DNA of 33,013 bases, taken from positions 1-33,013 of the forward strand of contig CANMWZ010000044.1 in assembly GCA_947501605.1 (NCBI GenBank). The letters are read 5' to 3'. The notes beneath the pieces were generated by a model that did not search any database, was not told the origin of the DNA, and worked only from the letters and a program-made list of their open reading frames with translations. The position numbers and the translations under genes were made by a program. Numbering within the stretch: the stretch's first letter is position 1; each line of letters begins with the position of its first letter. The DNA is from Planctomycetota bacterium. Lineage in GTDB: Bacteria > Planctomycetota > UBA1135 > UBA2386. Shown here one piece after another: positions 1-8,764 of this stretch.

Positions 1-65
1 GCCGTCATCCGCGAAGGCGACGAACGGTGGGGGCCGCGATGACTGGTTCCTGGATCTCGCAAACG

Positions 66-1115
66 ATGAAATCTCGACTTGTCCATGCGTCTCTTCTCGT
101 CCTCTTCGCTGCATGCCACAGCGCGCCCGTGTCCGAGGCCTCGCCGGCAGCCGAGGCAGCTGCGGCGTTCCTGTCGTCGCTGACCAGTGACCAGCGCACG
201 GCGGCCTGCGCCCCGACCGACGATCCCTCGCGAACCGTCTGGGGCTTCGTTCCGGCGCAGTATCCGGGCGTGATGTTCGGCGACCTCGACACCGAGCAGA
301 AGCACCGCGCGATCGCCCTGCTGCGCACCGTGCTGCGCGACGATGGCGTCGACACCGTGCTGGCGATCGTCGCTCTCGAAGACGTGCTCCGCGCGATCGA
401 GACCGAGAACGGCCAGAACGCGTCGCACCGCGACCCGAATCGCTACTGGATCCAGGTGTTCGGTGTGCCTCTGCCCGCGAGTGCTTGGGCGTTTCGTTTG
501 CAGGGCCATCACGTGTCGTTGCACGTTGCGTTCGATCGTGGTCGCTTGGCTGGCGTCACGCCGATGTTCCTCGGCGCCAATCCGCACCGGATCCCGTCCG
601 GCCCTCGGGAGGGCGAACGCGTACTCGCTGCCGAGGAAGACCTCGGGCGCGAGCTCCTTGCCATGCTCGACGAACAGCAGCGCGCGGTTGCGATCGTCGA
701 GGCCGTTGCGCCGCCCGATATCATCCTAGGTCCGCAGCGGACCGCCGCGGATGCGGGCCCATCGCGGGGGCTCGCCTACGCTGCCATGACTGCGCCGCAG
801 CGAGAGGCGTTGCTCCGTCTCGTCTGCCACTACGTGCACCGCGAGCAGCCACAGTTCGCCGAAGCCGACCTCGCGCGCATGCGCGACCGCGGCCTGGATG
901 CGATCACCTTCGCATGGGCTGGCGGAATCAAGCGCGGGGAGGGGCACTACTACCGCGTGCAGGGCTCGACGTTCGTGATCGAGTACGACAACACCCAGAC
1001 GAACGCCAACCACGTGCACACCTGCTACCGTGACCTCGAGCGCGACTTCGGCGGCGACTGGTTGCGAGAGCACTTGGCTCGCGACCACGGCGCGATCCAG
1101 CGTTCGGACCTCTGA
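66..1115 (+). CDS. DUF3500 domain-containing lipoprotein (putative metalloenzyme)
   Basis: Lipobox-like LLVLFAAC after ATG at 66 (alternative ATG at 39). Family-type motifs W.FRLQGHHVSLH, TPMFLGANP, YYRVQG..FVIEYDNTQ..ANHVH. Confidence 0.8.
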   Translation: MKSRLVHASLLVLFAACHSAPVSEASPAAEAAAAFLSSLTSDQRTAACAPTDDPSRTVWGFVPAQYPGVMFGDLDTEQKHRAIALLRTVLRDDGVDTVLAIVALEDVLRAIETENGQNASHRDPNRYWIQVFGVPLPASAWAFRLQGHHVSLHVAFDRGRLAGVTPMFLGANPHRIPSGPREGERVLAAEEDLGRELLAMLDEQQRAVAIVEAVAPPDIILGPQRTAADAGPSRGLAYAAMTAPQREALLRLVCHYVHREQPQFAEADLARMRDRGLDAITFAWAGGIKRGEGHYYRVQGSTFVIEYDNTQTNANHVHTCYRDLERDFGGDWLREHLARDHGAIQRSDL

Positions 1116-1162
1116 CCCGGCTCGCGCTCGCGCCATGCAAGGCGAAGGCGCATCATGGGCGC

Positions 1163-1558
1163 ATGTCCGAGGACCCCTTCGACACTCCGCCACATCGCAT
1201 CCGCGTTCGCTACTGCGAGACGGATCGCATGGGCATCGCGCACCATGGCAGTTACGTCGCTTGGTTCGAAGAGGCCCGCACGGAGTGGTTGCGGCACCGC
1301 GGCAAGACGTACCGGCAGATGGAGGACGAGGGCAACCTGCTGCAGGTCGTCGACTTCGCCGTCCGTTACCGCAAGCCTGTCGATTACGACGACGAAGTGC
1401 TGGTGCACGTCCGGGTGAAGGAACGCGCCAATGCGGCCGTGACGCTCGAGTACCGGGTCGAGCGCGCCTCCGACGGGGCGTTGACGGCAACGGGTGAGAC
1501 GCGCCTCGCGTGCGTTGGCCGCGACGGCAAACTCCGCCGCCTGCCAAGTGAGCTTTGA
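1163..1558 (+). CDS. Acyl-CoA thioesterase, 4HBT/YbgC family (hotdog fold)
   Basis: RVRYCETDRMGIAHHGSYVAWFEEARTEWL is the classic YbgC/FcbC motif; 131 aa. Confidence 0.9.
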   Translation: MSEDPFDTPPHRIRVRYCETDRMGIAHHGSYVAWFEEARTEWLRHRGKTYRQMEDEGNLLQVVDFAVRYRKPVDYDDEVLVHVRVKERANAAVTLEYRVERASDGALTATGETRLACVGRDGKLRRLPSEL

Positions 1559-1829
1559 CCGCTCGTTCTACAACGCAACGTCGCTACGCGGGCGGCGACG
1601 GAACCGCTCGCGAACCGGCCGCCACCTGCAATCGACCGTCGTCGTCTACGAAGCTCGCGCCGCGACGGTGGGCGCGAACTCAAGTCCTGCGGCGGTTGGC
1701 GCCGATGCACGGTGGTCCGCATCGAAACTTCATGATCGTCGCCAATCCAGCCACTCGTTGCGCGGGCGTTGCCGCCGCTTTGTCGACAGGCGCGCGCCGC
1801 ACCGTCGACTGCCGTCGCGAGGACGCGGC

Positions 1830-3317
1830 GTGAAGCAGGGGACGCTTCCGCAGCGGTTGGCCTTCGCTGGTCGCATGGTGCTCCTGGTGGGCTCCTTGCT
1901 CGGCGGCTGCACTGCTGTTGTGTTTGCGTGGTGGCCGAAGACCGTTGACACCTTCGAGGCTTGGCTCCGCGAGCGCCACACGGCGCCGTTCGATGAGGCA
2001 TGGGCAGAAGCGGTGGCCGCGCGCGCCGCGGCGGACTCTGGGCGCGAGCGCGCACTGCTGGTCGCGCTGTCCGAGCGGGTCGGTCCGACGGCCCAACTCG
2101 ATCGGCGCCGACCGATGGCGGTGAAGGTACAGAATCGCCTCGTCGAGTTGCATCGTGAGGCAGGCGACAGCCGCAGTGCCCTCGTCGGCCTTCGGCGCCT
2201 CCGTGCGATCGACCCCAATTCGGTGCTGATCGCGCGCGATCTTGCGGTGCAGTTGTTCTCGGATCCGGGGACGCGTGCCGAGGCCTACACCTTGTTGCTC
2301 GGGGATCCGGCCGTCTACGGCAGCGGCTTCGCTTGGCGACTGCCGGCGCAGGCGGAACTCCTGAGTCCGTTGGTCGATGCGCTGGCTAGTGATGGTCGCC
2401 TGGACGAAGCTCGCAAGCTCGTCGTCACCGCGGCGTCCTGGCCCGAGCCGAAGTGGTGGTCGATCTACTGGTGGGACAAAGAGTACGACCCCCTGAAAGT
2501 CGCCGGGTGCCAGCCTCGGGTTCGCGCGGATTCTGTGCTCCAGGTCGACTTCTTCGGGCGCGACGCGATTCGGGGCCTGCGCATCCTGCCGCCGGCGTTC
2601 GCCAGCTGCTGCCTTTCCGACCCGAAGTGGTGGGTGCGCGAAGCTGGCGATGCCGAGTTCCAGCCACTGCCGATGCGCCGCGGGGCGACGCAGAATCTGC
2701 GCGAGGTCGGCTCGACGCTCGAGCTCCTCGGCAACGCTGACCCGATGGTGACGTTCGAGCTGCAGCAACCGCTGCCGGCCGGCGAGCGTGAGTTTCGCTT
2801 CACGGCAGACTTCAAGGACACCGCCCCGGAGTGGTTGGCGCGCCTCGCGTTGACGAAGTGCGGGCCGCAGCTCGCCGACGGCGATGGGGCGGCGGCAAAG
2901 ACCCTGGCCGAGCTGCGCCGAGTCGGATTCGCGTCACTCGTTCTCGAAGCGTTCTGGGAAACCGCTCCGGGCGGGTTCTCGACCGGGGACAAGGTCCGTG
3001 TCCCGCTCGCAGCCTCGCTGCAGCGAGATGGCGGCGCAAGCTTTGCCGTCGATGTGCCGCTGCCTGCAGAGTGGACTGTCTTGCGTCTCGATCTTGGCAC
3101 CGGCGAGTTCGCGACCTGGCGGTTCGACTGCATGGAACTGCGCGACGAGGGTGGAGTGGTTCTGTCCCCCGCGCCACTGCAGGACGCGGCGCTGCATGAC
3201 GTGGAATGGAAGGACCACGAACTCATCGCCACGGGTGTCGATGCCCAGCTCCAGTTCGTACGGCCAGCGGGCACCGAGCGAGCTCGCGTGCTGCACGTGG
3301 AGGGCCTGATCCGATGA
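1830..3317 (+). CDS. Hypothetical membrane-anchored protein: N-terminal TM, TPR-like helices, two beta-sandwich-like domains
   Basis: GTG at 1830 preceded by GAGGA. The upstream extension of the 1494 ORF is Arg-rich and looks non-coding. Hydrophobic segment MVLLVGSLLGGCTAVVFAWW. Stop overlaps the next start (ATGA at 3314-3317). Confidence 0.7.
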   Translation: MKQGTLPQRLAFAGRMVLLVGSLLGGCTAVVFAWWPKTVDTFEAWLRERHTAPFDEAWAEAVAARAAADSGRERALLVALSERVGPTAQLDRRRPMAVKVQNRLVELHREAGDSRSALVGLRRLRAIDPNSVLIARDLAVQLFSDPGTRAEAYTLLLGDPAVYGSGFAWRLPAQAELLSPLVDALASDGRLDEARKLVVTAASWPEPKWWSIYWWDKEYDPLKVAGCQPRVRADSVLQVDFFGRDAIRGLRILPPAFASCCLSDPKWWVREAGDAEFQPLPMRRGATQNLREVGSTLELLGNADPMVTFELQQPLPAGEREFRFTADFKDTAPEWLARLALTKCGPQLADGDGAAAKTLAELRRVGFASLVLEAFWETAPGGFSTGDKVRVPLAASLQRDGGASFAVDVPLPAEWTVLRLDLGTGEFATWRFDCMELRDEGGVVLSPAPLQDAALHDVEWKDHELIATGVDAQLQFVRPAGTERARVLHVEGLIR

Positions 3318-6151
3318 GTTCGTTGCGCAACTCGCTCGCCGTCTGCTGGCACTGGTCATGGATCTTCACGCTGCCGATGGTGGTGATGTTCGTGCACTGG
3401 GGCCTGCGCACCGGTCAGCAGTTCGCGCAGTTCGGATTGCGCATCGATATCGCGCCGTTCGAGTTCACCCTGCGGGAGACGGGCAAACTCGAGTTCGCCC
3501 ACATGCTGCGCAGCCTCGGCCTGCAGTTCTCCGGCACGGTCCCGCGTGACGACGACGGGTGCACACTGCGGACCGTCGAGTTGTTCTTGGGTGACGAGGA
3601 GATCGAGACGCTCGACGCCGACCTGCCGTACTCGGGCGAGCACAACCAAGGCGGCCGCCTCCGCTTTCAAGGCACGGACTACGACGTCAGTCTGCGCTAC
3701 CGCGGCGACACCGTGCTGCACTGGGGCTACTTCAAGAAGTCGTTCCGCGTCACCACCAAGAAGGGGCAGCTGGTCGAGGGCATGCGCAAGTTCAACCTCG
3801 TCGTCGGCAAGACCGACGAGCAGCTGAACAACCATCTCTCCTACCGCCTCGCCAACCGCCTGGGCCTGATCACGCCGACGTGCGAGCTGGTCCGCGTGTT
3901 CGTGAACGGCACGTACCACGGTCTCTACGAACTGACGGAGCAGCTCGAAGAGGGCACGCTGCGTCGCCACGACCGCATGCCCGGCGACCTCTACTCGGGC
4001 GAGATGATCATGCTCGACAACATCGAGGGCACGACGAACCGTGTGTTCGAGTACCCACGGGTGTGGAGCAAGGTTGCGGCCAACAACCACTACGAACTCG
4101 CAAGTCGTGCCCCGCTGGAGCGACTGCACGCGATCCTGCAAGGCAATCCCGATGAGTCGAGCCTCGCGGCTCTGGCGCAACTGGTCGATCTCGATCGGTT
4201 CGCGCGGTTCTCGGCGCTGGAAGTCTTGACGCAGACGCAGCACAACGACCATCGGCACAATTGGCGGCTGTTCTGGGACCCGTGGCGCTTGCGCTTCGAA
4301 CCGGTGGTGTGGGACATCGTCGGCTGGCACGAGTCGATGCGACCAGAAGGCAACCAGGGCGTCGACCTCGAGATCATCAGCAGCCAGCTGCACGAGTGGC
4401 TGCACATGCACGCGGAGTTCCTGCGAGCGCGGTATCGCCACCTGCATCACTTCTTCGCCGGCGGTCACGACGATGCGTTCTTGGCGGAAGCCGAACGCGA
4501 ACTGGAACAGGCCCTTCTGGCGCTGCGCGCGGACCCCAACGCCATGCCGCAGAACGCCAACCGGATCGTCGCGGCGATGGCGGACTTCACGGCGTTCATC
4601 CACCGCGCCTTCCGCGCCGTCGAAGCGAACTATGTGAACGGGACGGAGACGCTCCGCTGGTGCCCGGCGGCCGCCGGCGGCGCGATCGATCTCGAAGTCG
4701 CGACGCGGCGCCCGATGAATGCGGTCGAGATCGACTTCGACGGCCCGCAGATGCCGACGAGCGTCAAGTTGGTGCTCCTGCGCGACGGCGCCGAGCAAAC
4801 AACGGATCTCACGTCGCATTCGTCGCTGTCGACCGGCGCGTTGCGCGTTCCGGTGGCATTGATCTCCGAGTTGGCCCGCGAGTTCGAGTATCGCGGTCGA
4901 GCCAACAGTCTGCGCAACTCGCGTCGTCGTGTGGTGGCGACCTCGCTGCGCCTCGTTCTCGACGGCGTCGATGTCGGCCGCATCCGCGAGGTGTGGGCTC
5001 TGCGCGACGAAGGCCGCGACCCGTTCCAACGAACGGCAACACTGAGTCGTCGGCCCGTCGGTACGCTCTTCCAGCTAGCGACGCCACCGAACACGACCTT
5101 TCGATCCCTTGCTGGTGAGATTGCGATCAAGGGCGTCACCGAGGTGGTAGATCCCGTGCGCATCGCGGCGGGTACGACATTCCGGCTGGATCCGGGCGCA
5201 TCGCTGCTGTTTCGCAACCGCGTGATTGCGGAGGGCACCAAGGAAGCGCCGATCCGATTCGAACCGACCGAGGGCGGACAGGCTCCGTGGGGCACGATCG
5301 CGATCAACGGGCCGCAGTGCGCCGACTCGGTGTTTCGCTGGTGCACGGTTCGCGGCGGCAGTGGCTACAAGGTCCCGCTCGAGGAGTACTGCTCGATGTT
5401 CTCGGTGCACAACTGCACTGGCATCCGCATCGAGGACTGCGCGTTCTCGGAGAATCGCGAGTACGACGACATGATTCATGTGATGTACTCCGAGGTCGTG
5501 TTTGACCGCGTGACGTTGACGGCGGCGCGGGCGGACGCGCTCGATTGCGACATCAGCACAGTGATCATCAAGAACAGTTCGTTTCCGCGCAGCGGCAACG
5601 ACGGGGTGGACTTGATGACGACGCGCGCACTCGTCCTCGACTGCACCTTCGAAGGCAACGGCGACAAGGGCATCTCGATCGGCGAGGGATCGCGACTGAT
5701 CGGCTTGCGCAATCGTTTCCGTGGTTGCAGCAAAGGGATGGAAGCCAAGGACGGCTCGATCGCGTGGCTCGCCAACTGCGATATCCGTGGCTGCAAGAAA
5801 GCACTGAACGCCTACAAGAAGAACTGGCGCTATGACTCAGGCGGCTACATCACGGTCACCAAGTCTTTCGTCGGCGAAAACGGTTCGCTGCCGACCGCTG
5901 ACGTCTGGTCCCGTGCCCAGTTGCTCGATTGCCAGGTGAAGGGCGAGCTCGTCGCGGACTACGACCAGGAGTACGTCGACGGCTCGAGCACTCGCATGCG
6001 CAACACCGCGCGCCTCGTCGACTGCGACGGTGGTCCCGGCCCGAAAATGCGCCTGCCGCTGCCGTTCCCTCTGGAACTCGGGATGCTCGAGCCACTCGCG
6101 AGTTCGGAGTGGGGCACCGTTCGTAGCGATGTTCGTGGAGGTGTCCAGTGA
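3314..6151 (+). CDS. CotH kinase family protein with C-terminal right-handed beta-helix (pectin lyase-like) domain
   Basis: ATG at 3314 in ATGA overlap; N-terminal TM. CotH motifs RYRGD...KKSFRV, VFVNGTYHGLYELTEQ, HNDHRHNW.LF, EPVVWD. C-terminal beta-helix repeats (DALDCDIS, GNDGVDLM, GDKGISIGEGS, KGMEAKDGS). Confidence 0.85.
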   Translation: MSSLRNSLAVCWHWSWIFTLPMVVMFVHWGLRTGQQFAQFGLRIDIAPFEFTLRETGKLEFAHMLRSLGLQFSGTVPRDDDGCTLRTVELFLGDEEIETLDADLPYSGEHNQGGRLRFQGTDYDVSLRYRGDTVLHWGYFKKSFRVTTKKGQLVEGMRKFNLVVGKTDEQLNNHLSYRLANRLGLITPTCELVRVFVNGTYHGLYELTEQLEEGTLRRHDRMPGDLYSGEMIMLDNIEGTTNRVFEYPRVWSKVAANNHYELASRAPLERLHAILQGNPDESSLAALAQLVDLDRFARFSALEVLTQTQHNDHRHNWRLFWDPWRLRFEPVVWDIVGWHESMRPEGNQGVDLEIISSQLHEWLHMHAEFLRARYRHLHHFFAGGHDDAFLAEAERELEQALLALRADPNAMPQNANRIVAAMADFTAFIHRAFRAVEANYVNGTETLRWCPAAAGGAIDLEVATRRPMNAVEIDFDGPQMPTSVKLVLLRDGAEQTTDLTSHSSLSTGALRVPVALISELAREFEYRGRANSLRNSRRRVVATSLRLVLDGVDVGRIREVWALRDEGRDPFQRTATLSRRPVGTLFQLATPPNTTFRSLAGEIAIKGVTEVVDPVRIAAGTTFRLDPGASLLFRNRVIAEGTKEAPIRFEPTEGGQAPWGTIAINGPQCADSVFRWCTVRGGSGYKVPLEEYCSMFSVHNCTGIRIEDCAFSENREYDDMIHVMYSEVVFDRVTLTAARADALDCDISTVIIKNSSFPRSGNDGVDLMTTRALVLDCTFEGNGDKGISIGEGSRLIGLRNRFRGCSKGMEAKDGSIAWLANCDIRGCKKALNAYKKNWRYDSGGYITVTKSFVGENGSLPTADVWSRAQLLDCQVKGELVADYDQEYVDGSSTRMRNTARLVDCDGGPGPKMRLPLPFPLELGMLEPLASSEWGTVRSDVRGGVQ

Positions 6152-6897
6152 CCAGTGAAGGCACGACGAAGCTCCACTTCTTGCGGTTCGAGTTCAAGTA
6201 CGTGCTCGACCAGGATCTGCGTGCCGCAGTCGAGGCCGAGCTGCAGCACTTCGTCCAGCTCGACCCCCACGTGCAGAAGCAGCCGAACCATCTCTACTTC
6301 GTCCGGAGTCTGTACTTCGATGACGCGGCGATGTCGGCGTTCCATGCCAAGACCGACGGCATGCTGACGCGTTCTAAGTTTCGGGTGCGCACGTACAGCC
6401 GAGCGGTGGATGCCCCGGCGCCGTGGTTCTTGGAGATCAAGGGCCGGCACAATCAGCTCGTGTTCAAGCACCGGACGCCGATCCTCGGTGACTTCGACCG
6501 GAGCGCCGATGGCGAACACCTGACCAAGGTGCTGGTGAAGCACGGCCAGCCTGGGGCTGTCCGCGACCAGTTCGAGTTCAGTGTGTTCCGGCACGGCATC
6601 CGTCCGGTCGCACTCGTCGACTACGTGCGTCGCCCGTACGTAAGCAGGTTCGACCCCGACTTTCGGCTCACGTTCGACAGCAGTTTGTCCACGTGCGCGA
6701 CCGACACGATGTTCCCCGACCCTGCTGCGCGAACGCGTCTGGTGATGCGTGGCTACACGGTGATGGAAGTTAAGTTCCGCCACCATGTGCCGGCGTGGTT
6801 CCACCGCATCCTGCAGGCCTACGAACTGCGCCGCCGCTCGATCTCCAAGATCTGCGAAAGCACCGTCGCACTTGGTCTCCAACCTGCTGACGTCTGA
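6148..6897 (+). CDS. VTC domain (polyphosphate polymerase-like, CYTH/TTM fold) protein
   Basis: GTGA overlap with the upstream stop. Motifs RFEFKY, VRSLYFDD, RSKFRVRTY, FLEIK, Y.RRPY, RLTFD, VMEVKF, ISK. Confidence 0.9.
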   Translation: MTSEGTTKLHFLRFEFKYVLDQDLRAAVEAELQHFVQLDPHVQKQPNHLYFVRSLYFDDAAMSAFHAKTDGMLTRSKFRVRTYSRAVDAPAPWFLEIKGRHNQLVFKHRTPILGDFDRSADGEHLTKVLVKHGQPGAVRDQFEFSVFRHGIRPVALVDYVRRPYVSRFDPDFRLTFDSSLSTCATDTMFPDPAARTRLVMRGYTVMEVKFRHHVPAWFHRILQAYELRRRSISKICESTVALGLQPADV

Positions 6898-6917
6898 CTC
6901 CGACCCGAGACCCGATC

Positions 6918-7628
6918 ATGTTGAACGCACTCGTAATCCAGTTGCCGCAAGGCGTGCCGCAGCAAAGCGTCGAGACCGTGATGAGTCTCGACATGTTCTC
7001 CGCCATCGCGCGGACCGTCACCGCGATGCTGATTGGACTGGTGCTTGCACTCGTCTATCGATCGACCCACAAGGGACTGTCGTACTCGCAGTCTTTCACG
7101 CAGACGATCGTGTTCATCACCGTGATCGTGGCGCTGGTGATGATGACCGTGCGCAACAGTCTCGCGACCGCGTTCACGCTGGTCGGAGCACTGTCGATCA
7201 TCCGGTTCCGCACTGTCGTCAAGGACACCCGTGACACCTCGTTCGTGTTTGCTGCCCTCGCTCTGGGCATGGCCGCGGGCCTTGGCTTCTGGGAGCTGGC
7301 AGGTCTCGGCACGATCGCGATGGCGGCGCTCGCCCTCGGCCTGTACGCGACCAATTTCGGCGCGCTCTACAAGAGCGAGTTCATCCTTCGCTTCACCTTC
7401 GACCAGAACAAGGACAGCGCCGCCTACTTGACCAAGATCAGTGAGTTCGCCAAGCGGTCGAACATGCTGCATATCGAGCCGTCGGGCGATAGCCGCAGCC
7501 TGCGTCTCACCTACGACATCACGCTGGTGAAGGACGCTTCCGCCGAGGCCATGACCGGTGCGTTGAGTCGCGTCGACGGCGTGTCCGACGTGGTGTTGAT
7601 CGTCAGCAAGAACGACGTCGACTACTAA
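6918..7628 (+). CDS. DUF4956 domain membrane protein (MgtC/SapB-like TM region plus C-terminal ACT-like domain)
   Basis: Motifs SYSQSF, LVGALSIIRFRT.VKD.RD..FVF, LALGMAAG; several TM helices; typical position next to a VTC gene. Alternative start at ATG 6981. Confidence 0.9.
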   Translation: MLNALVIQLPQGVPQQSVETVMSLDMFSAIARTVTAMLIGLVLALVYRSTHKGLSYSQSFTQTIVFITVIVALVMMTVRNSLATAFTLVGALSIIRFRTVVKDTRDTSFVFAALALGMAAGLGFWELAGLGTIAMAALALGLYATNFGALYKSEFILRFTFDQNKDSAAYLTKISEFAKRSNMLHIEPSGDSRSLRLTYDITLVKDASAEAMTGALSRVDGVSDVVLIVSKNDVDY

Positions 7629-7657
7629 TCGCGCCGCGCGCTCGTTGGCGGCGCGCC

Positions 7658-7686
7658 TTGACATCCACGCGGCGGGCGCCTCGATT
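7658..7686 (+). promoter_or_regulatory. Candidate sigma70 promoter (TTGACA-N17-TCGATT) directly upstream of ATG 7693
   Basis: Perfect -35 hexamer at 7658-7663, 17-nt spacer, imperfect -10 at 7681-7686, then 6 nt to ATG. An 8-bp GC stem (7630-7637/7648-7655) precedes it. Confidence 0.4.
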
Positions 7687-7692
7687 GTGATC

Positions 7693-8694
7693 ATGGTCCG
7701 CGTCTTGTTCTTGGCTCTGTGCCTGCCAGCCTTGCTGCTGCAGTCGTGCAGCAAGGCGCAAGAGGCGACGTCGGCAGGCTCGACGACTGTCGCCGCCGCG
7801 GTTGCGCCGTTCGACTTTGCGGCGCCGGTGTCGGTGCTGCCGTTGCCGAAGTCGTTGCGTGAGATCTCCGGCTTGATCGCGCTCGACGGCGAGCGCGTAG
7901 CCTGCATTCAGGACGAGAAGGGACAGTTCTTCGAAGTGCGATTGAACGACGGCGTCCTGCTGACGAAGGTGCGGTTTGGCCCCGACGGTGACTACGAGGG
8001 CTTGGCGCGTGTTCCGGGCGCCTGGTTCGCGGTGCGCAGCGATGGCGTCTTGCTGCGCATGCGCGAGGTCGATGGTTCGCTGCAAGCGGCGGAGGCCTTT
8101 GTGTTGGCGCTGCCGCAACGCGACTGTGAGGCGTTGTGTGTCGATCGCGACGGCACGCGCCTTTTGGTCGCCGGTAAGGCGCAGCCAGAAGGAGGCGCGG
8201 CCGAGCAGGACCGCCGGTTCGTGTACGCGTGGGATCTTGCTACGGCACAACTGGTCAGCGAGCCGGCCCTGCAGTTGTCGGTCGAAGCGATCTTGGCCGC
8301 AGCCGTCGCGCGCGGACTGACGACGCCGACCAAGGCCAGCAAGTCGAGCCAGGGTGTCCCAGTGGCTGGCCCAAGCGACGATCCCGAGGTGGCTGCCTTG
8401 GCGACGGCGCCGCCGCCGCGAGCGCACCTTGCGCTGCGCATAACCGAGCTTGCCGTCAACCCTTCGACCGGCGATGTCTGGATCCTGTCGGCTCAGGATC
8501 GAGTGCTGTTGGCGGTCGATCGCCGCGGCGCTCTGGTCTGGCTGCACACCTTCGCCGAAGCGTTGCTGCCGCAGCCGGAGGCGCTTGCCTTCCTGCCTGA
8601 CGGCGACCTGCTGGTCGCCAGTGAAGGACGCGACGGACCTGCGGTGCTGGTGCGGTTTGCCGCCCGCCGGCTGCCCGGGGCGAGTTCGAAATGA
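7693..8694 (+). CDS. SdiA-regulated/YjiK-like beta-propeller lipoprotein (phytase-like esterase superfamily)
   Basis: Lipobox LLLQSC; motifs LREISGL, IQDEKG, GDYEGLA, DCEAL, PQPEALAF..GDLLVASEG. Confidence 0.75.
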   Translation: MVRVLFLALCLPALLLQSCSKAQEATSAGSTTVAAAVAPFDFAAPVSVLPLPKSLREISGLIALDGERVACIQDEKGQFFEVRLNDGVLLTKVRFGPDGDYEGLARVPGAWFAVRSDGVLLRMREVDGSLQAAEAFVLALPQRDCEALCVDRDGTRLLVAGKAQPEGGAAEQDRRFVYAWDLATAQLVSEPALQLSVEAILAAAVARGLTTPTKASKSSQGVPVAGPSDDPEVAALATAPPPRAHLALRITELAVNPSTGDVWILSAQDRVLLAVDRRGALVWLHTFAEALLPQPEALAFLPDGDLLVASEGRDGPAVLVRFAARRLPGASSK

Positions 8695-8764
8695 TACCGG
8701 GGCCGGGTGCTGTGCTAACCTCCGCCTCTCGGTTGCCGCGGTTCCGCGGCCAAGGAGTTTGCTC

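Noticed and set aside
1..42. Possible 3' end of an upstream gene (AVIREGDERWGPR*) overlapping ATG 39
   Set aside because: Too short to support or identify.
1494..1829. Long 5' extensions of ORF-track calls (also 3206, 8450, 12338, 19260, 25654, 26838, 27557, 30771)
   Set aside because: They overlap neighbouring genes or are Arg-rich and non-coding-like; ATGA/GTGA-coupled or RBS-supported downstream starts fit better.
3356..5029. 557-aa minus-strand ORF, and similar long antisense ORFs at 7603-9174, 12926-14743, 19817-21172 and 29306-30664
   Set aside because: Shadow ORFs opposite motif-supported genes; expected in high-GC DNA and with no recognisable domains.
7630..7655. Hairpin after DUF4956 as an intrinsic terminator
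   Set aside because: An 8-bp stem is present but there is no U-tract, and such stems arise by chance at this GC content.
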